DNA of 35,058 nt from positions 1-35,058 of the forward strand of contig FLMG01002524.1 of assembly GCA_900088475.1 (NCBI GenBank). The letters run 5' to 3'. The notes under the pieces are model-generated. The model was not told where the DNA came from. It made no database searches and worked only from the letters and a program-made list of their open reading frames with translations. The translations under genes were made by a program, and so were the position numbers. How positions within the stretch are numbered: position 1 is the stretch's first letter; each line of letters begins with the position of its first letter. Positions 11,346-19,969 of this stretch are shown in pieces. Source of the DNA: Hyphochytrium catenoides (lineage: Eukaryota > Protista > Hyphochytriomycota).

Positions 11346-11596
11346 GTGGGAGGAAGGAGTGCGCCACGAGGTAGGCCGACAGGTGACCCACCAAAGCGCC
11401 TACAATCCGTTACAATTCTTATATATAAACTTCATTGAAACATTGTTTCTTGCAAGCTACGAATAAAGTTCCCTAGTCTAACCTATGTCTCTTTCAGAAA
11501 GAATAACAATACTATTCAGGAGTGAAACGTTACCTTTCCTCAACGCTGAGTCGCTAGCGAATGAGAGAGGGGATGAAGGGAAGCGAAGAGAGGAAG

Positions 11597-11801
11597 GAGA
11601 GAGAGAGAGAGAGACAGAGCAGAGAGAGACAGAGAGAGACAGAGAGAGACAGAGAGAGACAGAGAGAGACAGAGAGAGACAGAGAGAGAAAGAGAGAGAC
11701 AGGGAGAGAGAGAGGGACAGAGAGACAGAAGATAGAGAGACAGAGACAGACAGACAGACAGACAGACAGAGAGAGAGACAGAAAGACAGAGAGAGAGAGA
11801 C

Positions 11802-11861
<60 letters not shown>
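11597..11861. repeat. Compound microsatellite (GA)n/(GAGACA)n/(GACA)n
   Basis: Directly visible. It produces the spurious ER/RQ and SL-rich ORFs in the track. Confidence 0.95.
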
Positions 11862-11863
<2 letters not shown>

Positions 11864-12896
11864 TGTGTTGAGCCGCTAAGAATGAAAAGATGACCGGCAT
11901 GGAGGGAGTGGAAAAAAGAGGAGAGCGCGATGGGAACGGAGGAAGAGGAGGTGGAAAAGAGGGAAAAATAGACAAGGACAAGGGAAGAGCAGGAGGATAG
12001 AGAAACGCTGTTGCGATCTCAACGGTGCCTACCGCACGCACCAGCAGAAAGGAGAGATCTAAGGCATGCGGACAGACATCTAGGAGAAGAAAGAGCTTTA
12101 TCTAGAACGAGAGCAGAAGGGAAAGAGAGAGAAAGATAAGAGGAAAAGAGAGAAGTAATGAGAGACGTGGCGAAAGGCTTAGAGCTGCTGGTGGACAGAT
12201 GAAGAGTATCTCCTCTCATCTATCCTTTCCTTTTAGCTCTGGATAGTTGTTCTTTCGCTGCCTGCTGATGATCTGGATGGCACCACCTCTGCTGGATGAG
12301 AAGTTGGGAGAAGAGCGGAAGAGATACTAAGCGTAGAAACGAAAAGGAATGCAAGCATCAGGAACTCTCTCGTCCTCCAGAAGGTAGAAGGTTGCCAGGT
12401 TGATGCTGAGGCTTAGGCTTCTCCTGTTGCTCTCTCGCTCAAGCAATCATTTCTATCTCTCCGCCGACTGTCTCTCTCGGTTTGCTGCCTCCCTTTCTCT
12501 GTCTATCTGGAGATACGTTGGTCTAAGGTGCATCACGGAAGAGGTTTAGGCCAAGGGATAACGAGAGACAGTGGAGAGACCGAGAGGGTAAAAGAACCAT
12601 ACATAATATACAGGCAGAGCTCAGCAAACAAGGAACAGAGAGAGAGAGAGAGAGAGGGAGAAAGAGAAAGAGAAAGAGAGAGAGAGAGAAGAGTGAGAGA
12701 GCGAGAGCGAGGGAGAGAGGGAGAACGAGAAGTGAGCGCGAAGCAGGATGCAATAGGACGCATTAGCCGAGGAGGACGGAGAGAAGAGGCACGGAAACAA
12801 TAGAGCACGATGTGTCTAACGGATAGCGGGGCCCGAGGAATAATGAAGAGGACAGAGGAATAAAGGTCCCATCTTAGGAGACAGGAGAAGGACCTC

Positions 12897-14702
12897 ATGG
12901 GTCGCCTTCCTCTCACGAGTCAGCACAGGAAAGTAGTGCCCGCAGGAGGAGGAGGAGAAAAACCCACCGAGAGGAGAGGCGAGAAGAGCGGAGAAGAAGG
13001 GAAAAGAACAGAGCTCTTTGCCTCTCCTACTTCTCTCTGCTCAACCTCCTCCCGCCCGGCACCAGCAGTACCACTGCCTCGCCTTTCGTCAACAATAGAA
13101 AGACAGAGAAGAACCAAACGGCAACAGCTTGTTCTCTTTCTCTATGATTCTCTTTTACTTATCATCCTCGGCTTTGCCCTTGCCTGCATTACGTTAGGCG
13201 CCTGGTACCTCTCCATCTCTCTTCTTCCCCGAGAAAAAGATGAGCTCTTCTGCATTCGGAAATGTAAAAGCAACCGCTCGTGTTGGCTGTTTGATTGTTC
13301 TGTAGGGCGCCACGTCATGGACATGACACTCAGTATCCCTCTCTCTTTCCTGGCGCCCCTCATTGTTTACAGAGCGAGCTCTCCACCTTCTCTCTTCCAA
13401 CGAGAGAAAAAAGGACTGCTCAAAGCCGCGGCGTGGATTATCTTGGTTGACCTTGTCTCTCTTCCCATCCAGGCACACGTGGTTCACTATGACCTCTATT
13501 GTGGAGAGGTCCTCTATCTTTTTCTTCTCTTCTATCTTTACTTCCACCCATGTCTCCCATCGTTTGTTCAGCCCTCTTCTTCCTCTTCATCGCCAGTTAG
13601 TTTCGTTCGCTCTCTCTCGGATTCATCCTCCTCTAAACGAGCAACAGCAGGAACTTGCCTGAGAAGATTCACAGCCAATGGCCTCCCGTCTTTGGTGACC
13701 ATTGTCTTTCTCCGGCTTCCAGTGGAGCTTGTGTCTCTCCCTCTCGTTGCAAAGCTCGTCATACCCGGTCTCTTTTACCTTGTCTCTGCCTACGTCAAGC
13801 AGCTTCTTGCTGGTGTTTTCTCTCTCCCTTCTGTGCCTCTCCTCAACAACAACAAGGAAGATGGGAAGAAGAATAAGAAGGAAAAAGAAAAGAACGCCGG
13901 ACACGGAGTGAGAGAAGAGAGAGAAAAGAGGGTTGATGCCACTCTTTTCTCCATGCAGTTGGCTCTAGAAGTGACACAACTAGCGATCAACTGTATGGTA
14001 GTGGAGGCGACCGACGCCGTTGTCTTGCAGAACGTGGCACTCTCCACGTCCTTCGGCGCTCTGGGCTATCTTCTTTCTGTGTGGTGGAGCGTGAGTAGAG
14101 TGACGACAAAGAAGATGATGGAAGGGAAGAGCAATACTGGGAGCCCACCGAGTGCAGGCGACATAGGAGCAGAAACACGTGCCAACAACCATCAGCGGGA
14201 GAAAGAAAGAGAACATCAACAGGAGGAGAAAAGAAAGGAGGAGGAACAGGACGAACAAGAGAAAAGGAGAGAACAGAGGAAAATTAAAGAGCACTCTCTC
14301 TTCCTCTCGACAAGAATGGCAGTCAGCCTCGTCCTTGGCAGTCTCTGCGGCGCTGGCGGCCTGCTATCCCTGCAAATATTCCATCGCCTGCTATTGCGGC
14401 TCATCTATGGCTGTGATGCCTCCTTATTGCCAGTCTTTCGCCCTGACGTGGATCTACTGCTGGTGCTGATCGTTTGGGCCGTGATGTGCCTGTTTGTGCT
14501 CATCCTGCAGATGATCGGAGTGGACTTTCTCTCTGTTTGGAACGAAGAGAGACGATCTTTCTTTTGGATGGTGACGATTGTTCTCTTCTGCTATGGGCAG
14601 TACTTCTACTCTATGCTGCTCTCACAAACACTCGGCACCTCTACCAGTTGTACTCCTCTCCTGCACTCTTCCCCTCTATCTTCTCTCTCCCTCTCTCCTT
14701 AA
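12897..14702 (+). CDS. Orphan multi-pass membrane protein, paralog B (601 aa, intact, intronless)
   Basis: Longest ORF in the window. It has about 11 hydrophobic segments by eye, separated by two charged K/E-rich loops, and a Cys-rich loop CIRKCKSNRSCWLFDC after TM1. It shows strong protein-level similarity to the 1-1560 and 17781-19635 copies. Confidence 0.92.
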   Translation: MGRLPLTSQHRKVVPAGGGGEKPTERRGEKSGEEGKRTELFASPTSLCSTSSRPAPAVPLPRLSSTIERQRRTKRQQLVLFLYDSLLLIILGFALACITLGAWYLSISLLPREKDELFCIRKCKSNRSCWLFDCSVGRHVMDMTLSIPLSFLAPLIVYRASSPPSLFQREKKGLLKAAAWIILVDLVSLPIQAHVVHYDLYCGEVLYLFLLFYLYFHPCLPSFVQPSSSSSSPVSFVRSLSDSSSSKRATAGTCLRRFTANGLPSLVTIVFLRLPVELVSLPLVAKLVIPGLFYLVSAYVKQLLAGVFSLPSVPLLNNNKEDGKKNKKEKEKNAGHGVREEREKRVDATLFSMQLALEVTQLAINCMVVEATDAVVLQNVALSTSFGALGYLLSVWWSVSRVTTKKMMEGKSNTGSPPSAGDIGAETRANNHQREKEREHQQEEKRKEEEQDEQEKRREQRKIKEHSLFLSTRMAVSLVLGSLCGAGGLLSLQIFHRLLLRLIYGCDASLLPVFRPDVDLLLVLIVWAVMCLFVLILQMIGVDFLSVWNEERRSFFWMVTIVLFCYGQYFYSMLLSQTLGTSTSCTPLLHSSPLSSLSLSP

Positions 14703-15363
14703 AACTCTATCATCAATAGCTCCTTTACTTTTGTCGTCATCATGGCGCCATTGCTCTTCTTCTGTGTGCCTCTTGCATGAGAGTCCTTGTTACCTCTTCC
14801 TCCACTGCTGGAGAGTAAACATAATAGGAGAGGACGAGGAGAGACCAATAAAAAAACGAACAGCAGGTGGTCAGACAGAAGGAGGACAGCGGCGACCAAC
14901 AAGAAGCACTCGACGACGAGAGATTTCTGAACAAACATAATTCTAGTGAGCTCCTCTATGATGGCTTCCTCTTGCTCCTCTCCTAGTGGTCCAATTGAAT
15001 CATCTTGTCTATACACCTCTTAGGACGTGACTGACTTTATCATTAGCACGTCTATAGACATTGATATTTGCTTTTTGAGGTAACTCGTCGTAGACTAGGC
15101 TTCTGGGCGATGGGACATGTAGACAAAGGAATGCTTACATACTCCTAATGATGAACATATAATAAACCAGCAACTACTCACTGAGAAGAAGAGGAAGAAA
15201 GAAGAAGAAGAAAGAGAAAAAGTGGTAGAGGAAGAAGGACAAGAGACAAGAGCTACTACGAAGTCTTGATCACTTTGAATAATAAGCAAACCTCAGTCAG
15301 GACTCAACAAACGAAGAAGAAGAAAGGAAAAAGAGGACGACGAAGAAGAGACAAGAGCTACTT

Positions 15364-15492
15364 TGCGGACGATGGAGACAAGGAAAATCTGACAGTACGC
15401 GCAATACTCTCCACAGGAGGCATCGTTGCGTAGTAGATAGTACGACCGCTAGGAGGTTGACCAGTGCACAAATAATCCTTGTTGCCAACAAG
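15364..15492 (+). pseudogene. Possible decayed Arf/Arl small GTPase fragment
   Basis: With frameshifts the DNA reads roughly (W)D.G.Q.KI*...R.Y, TGGIV.VVDST.R..RL and IILVANK. This matches the order of Arf WDVGGQxKIR / TQGIIFVVDSxDRER / LLVFANKQD. It needs several indels and a stop, and about 20 aa are missing before IILVANK. Confidence 0.3.
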
Positions 15493-15796
15493 AGAAGTAC
15501 ACCGCAGCTCCTGAGGAACTCAGATTCTTCACTATTATAAAGTTCAGTCAGTTGGAAGGAGAGCCAAACCCACAGCGAAGAAGAAGAGAACCTACACATA
15601 TTTATAAATTAATAAGGTGAGCCAATCTTCTCTTCCTCATCAACAACAAGCATGATACAATGCGTACGCTTACAGAGTAACTGTTAGCAAGTAACTTTAT
15701 GAGAAAGTGAAAGGAAATCGATAGGGGCGTTCTTATTATCGAGAGCCCTCCAGACAAGAGAAATAGACAGAGTCAGGGAAATGAGGTGTGAGGTGT

Positions 15797-15842
<46 letters not shown>

Positions 15843-15939
15843 GGAAGAAAGTGAATGGAATTCCTGGATCACTTCGCAGAGGAACTGAACGAAAAATTAT
15901 AGAGATGGCAACGAGAGAGAGAGAGAGAGAAAGAGAGTA

Positions 15940-15979
<40 letters not shown>

Positions 15980-16072
15980 CGGAGCATCGAGACAGAGCCA
16001 CATCTCGACAAGAACAGTACGAATTAAGCCGGTAGAGATGATAAGATGAAGTACCGCCAACGTTCTTCTCAG

Positions 16073-16364
16073 TGTGAAAACTGATAGGTTACACATAGAA
16101 CTAGTGTAACCACATTTTCACATTTATGTTTCACACCCGCGGGTCCTCCTCTCTCTCTAGCTTGCTAGACAGAGTCCTGCACGGTGTCCTCTGTATCGCA
16201 CTACCCGCAGAGCGACGTCAGCCCCTCTGGGGGTAGCATCGAGATTTGTAGTAGTTCTAGTACTCTTCAACTCTATATAAAAGCGGTCAATAAAGTAGTA
16301 TCGTTCTACTGGTGTCAAACCGGTACAAGTACAGAAAACCAGTACAGAAGTAACACAGGTTATG
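16073..16364 (+). mobile_element. Putative LTR-like remnant with an adjacent palindrome
   Basis: TGTAAC at 16105, TATATAAA at 16274-16281, AATAAA at 16289-16294, and ...AACACA at 16357 followed by GGTTATG, which equals the first 7 nt of the copia-type tRNA-Met PBS GGTTATGGGCCCAG. No second LTR or gag/pol ORF is seen. Confidence 0.25.
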
Positions 16365-16783
16365 TATGCTCTGGGCAGCAATCGATTTATCAGATGGTTC
16401 AATGTTCCTCTGATATAATCAGAGAATGGCCAAAGAACTTCACAAAAAGAATTCACATTTTGAAGGGAACATCAGGTGAGTGGCCCGTTAACTCGCTCGC
16501 ACACTGATCTGGTTCAGCGACAGCAGTACGACGACCGCTAATGTCCCGAATCGGTATAGAACTACTAGTCTGGTCTGAACCCTTTTTAATAGTGTTAAGA
16601 GTAGTACAGTGGAAAAGTAGTAGTCCAGACGAACCTGGATCTCATGAAGGATAGAATGATTTCAACCGAGCGTGCTACTTGTACTTGTACCACAGACATT
16701 GCACCAATACAAGACTGGGATTGACCAGGGACTATATACCGGATACAATTTACAGTCCTAACACTCCCACTGAAGTCCAGGAG

Positions 16784-16843
<60 letters not shown>

Positions 16844-16891
16844 CTCTCTCTCTCTCTATCTATCTCTATCTATCTATCTATCTATCTATCT
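16784..16891. repeat. Compound (CT)n/(CTAT)n microsatellite
   Basis: Directly visible. Confidence 0.95.
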
Positions 16892-17780
16892 ACTCAGAAT
16901 CCGAAATGAGTAAGTGAGCCTCCTTGACTTCCCCATCAGGACTGTGGCCCATTCGGATTCCGGACATAGGCGGATTAACCAACAGTTATTAGGTATGTAG
17001 ATGAGGACTCAGTAACTGTAGTCGTGCACTATTGATTCCCCAACCAAGGGGCGTAACCGCTTCCACTACTCCTGTCTGTTTATTTACTAACAATAATAAG
17101 GCGGCGGCTCTACGTCTTCAATCACCTAACAAATGAGAGGACAACCGGTGCTCCGCCTCCTCGCTTTCCTCTTCATTTACGGGATGACAGAAGGAAGCCT
17201 ACGTGATAAGCTAGAACAGTGATGAGCTGCTGTTGTCGAGCTTGTTGCTGAAGGACTCCGTACCTCGCCTTCCTTTCTTCACTATCAATAGAGCTTCAAT
17301 GCCTCGTCTTGGGGACTAGCTCACCTTTCTCTGGAATGGTTCAGGGTCAAAGCTCGCGGACAACAGGGTAGAAGAGCTAGAAAAGAAAGCAAGGCACCCA
17401 AAAGTAGTGAGGACAAGGAGAAGCAGCAACGCCCCAAAGAGAGAGAGAGAGGACAAACAAAGAATAGAGCTCCTCTAAGAAGACTAGCAGCAGAGGCGTC
17501 CGGAAAGAGAGAAACGTGAACAACAGGAAAAGAGAGGACGATACAGAGGAGAAAGCAAGAGGCAGAAGGATCATATTATTCAGATGCAGAAGAAGCAGGA
17601 GCAGCTTCACAATGAGAGAGATCAGAAAGAAACAAGATCTTAACCGGAGTAGCAAGGGACGGAATGAAGAAGAGAACTGGAAAAAGGAAGTTGAGATGAT
17701 GCTCAACCCATGAAAGAAGAAAACGACTGCAGAGGAAAGACGGATAAAGACTCCATCTCAGGAGACAGGAGAAGGTTCTC

Positions 17781-19635
17781 ATGGACCTCTCTCTTCTCTC
17801 CGGTCAGCACAGTAAAGTACGACCAACTGGAGAAGCAGAGGACAACGCGAAGGAGGAGGGAGGAGAGGAAGGGAACAGGAGAGAACAATTAGTCTCTTCT
17901 TCTTCTCTCTGCGTTACCGCTTACTCTCTACCAGCCCCCGTCAAAGTGCGTCGTCTTTCACTAATAGAAAGACGGCAAAGAACCAAACGTCAACAGCTTT
18001 CGGTCTTTCTGCTTGACTCTCTTTTACTGGTCCTCCTCGGCTCTGCCCTTGCCTGCATTACCTTAACTGCCTGGTACCTCTCCATCTCTCTCCTCCCACG
18101 AGAGATACACCCGCTCTACTGCCTGCGGAAGTGTCAAAGAAGCCGCTCTTGTTGGCTGTTTGATTGCGCTGTAGGCCGATATATCGTGGACGTAACACTC
18201 AGCATTCCTCTCTCTTTCCTGGCGCCCCTCATTGTTTACAGAGCGAGCTCTCCCCGTTCTCTCTTCCAAATAGAAAAACGGGGACTTTTTAGATTAGCGG
18301 CATGGATTATCTTGGTTGATCTTCTCTCTCTTCCGGTGCAGTCGCACGTGGTCCACGCTGACCTCTATTGCGGGGAGTTCCTCTATCTCTTTCTTTTCTT
18401 CTATCTCTACTTCTACCCATGTCTTCCGTCGTTTGTTCGGCTCTCTTCTTCTTCTTCGTCTTCTGCATCCACTCCTTCTCTTTTCTCTCTCTCAGGCCAG
18501 TCCCTTCCTAAACGAGCAAAAGCAGGTACGTGCCTGAGAAGATTCACAGCCAATGGCCTTGCGACCTTGGTGACCATTGTCTTTCTCCTGCTTCCAGTGG
18601 AGCTTGTGTCTCTCCCTCTAGTAGCGAAGCTCGTCATACCCTCTCTCTGTTTCCTTATCTCTGCCTACATCAAAAGGCTCCTCGCTGGTGTCTTCTCTCT
18701 CCCTTATCTGCTTCTTCGCAATACCAAGGAGGAAAAGAACAAGAAGAGGAATAGTGGACCAATAGCGGGAGAAGGAGTGCGAGAGGAGAGGGAAAAGAGG
18801 GTTGATGCAACTCTCTTCTGCATGCAAGTGCCCTTAGAGGTGACGCAACTAGCGATCAACTGTATGGTGGTGGAAGCGACCGACGCCGTTGACTTGCAGA
18901 ATGTCGCACTCTCCACGTCCTTCGGCGCTCTGGGCTATCTTCTTTCTGCCTGGTGGAGCTTGAATAAAAGTGAAGACAAATAAGAAGGAAGAGCACAAGA
19001 GGAATAGCACTCTCTTACAAAGTGGAGGTGAGATAAAAGCAGAAACATGTGCCCACAAGCAACAACGGNNNNNNNNNNNNNNNNNNNNNNNNNNNNNNNN
19101 NNNNNNNNNNNNNNNNNNNNNNNNNNNNNNACAGAGAAGTATTGACGAGCACTCCCTCTTCCTTTCGACCAGAATGGCAGTCAGCCTCGTCCTTGCCAGT
19201 CTCTGCGGCGCTGGCGGCCTGTTAGCCCTGCAAACATTTCATCGGCTGCTACTTCGGCTCATCTATGGCTGTGATACCTCCTTATTGCCAGTCTTTCGTA
19301 CTGAAGTGGATCTTCTGCTGGTGCTGATCGTTTGGGCCGTGATGGGGTTGTTTGTGCTCTCCCTACAGGTGATCGGACTGGACTTTCTCTCTCTCTGGGA
19401 GGAGGAGAGACGATCTTTCTTCTGGATGGCGACGATTATTCTCTTCTGCTACGGGCAGTACTTCTACTCGATGCTGCTCTCAAAGATACTCGCCAACTCC
19501 ATGGACTGTGCGTCTGACCTTCACTCCGTTTCTTCATCTTCTCCTCTCCCTCTCTCCATAGAGACATTAAGTCACATCTCTCTTTCATCTACACATGGCA
19601 AGGCTCGCCTGCTTTTCCCTCTCTCTTTCTATTAG
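17781..19635 (+). pseudogene. Orphan multi-pass membrane protein, paralog C, with a +1 frameshift at ~18966-18969 (pseudogene or assembly error)
   Basis: ORF 17781..18983 matches the N-terminal two thirds of paralog B and ORF 18970..19635 matches its C-terminal third. Paralog B reads agc gtg agt aga gtg acg aca and paralog C reads agc ttg aat aaa A gtg aag aca, one extra A in an A4 run that gives TAA at 18981-18983. An N gap follows at 19069-19130. Confidence 0.8.
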
Positions 19636-19875
19636 CGTTACATTAGAAGAATGGATAATAAATAAAAGTGTATATCCCTCCTACGATCAGGAGAGAAGAA
19701 GGATCAAAGACCGAGGAGAGAGAGAGAGCACTTGAGTCTAGAGAGAGAAGAAGAGATACTGGACTTACGAGAGAGAAGTGACGACACAGAGTCGTGACGA
19801 CACAGAGTCGGAGCTCAGATGAAGGCAAGGACGACTAAATAATAAATAAAGTTGATAGTGAAGAGAGGAGAAGGG

Positions 19876-19929
<54 letters not shown>

Positions 19930-19969
19930 AAGAGAGACGGAACGTAGGGAGAGAAGAGAAGGAGATAAC

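Noticed and set aside
11478-12041. Long SL-rich or ER/RQ-rich ORFs, also at 24239-24836, 26842-27447 and 33149-33822
   Set aside because: These are translations of (CT)n/(GA)n microsatellites, which lack stop codons by construction.
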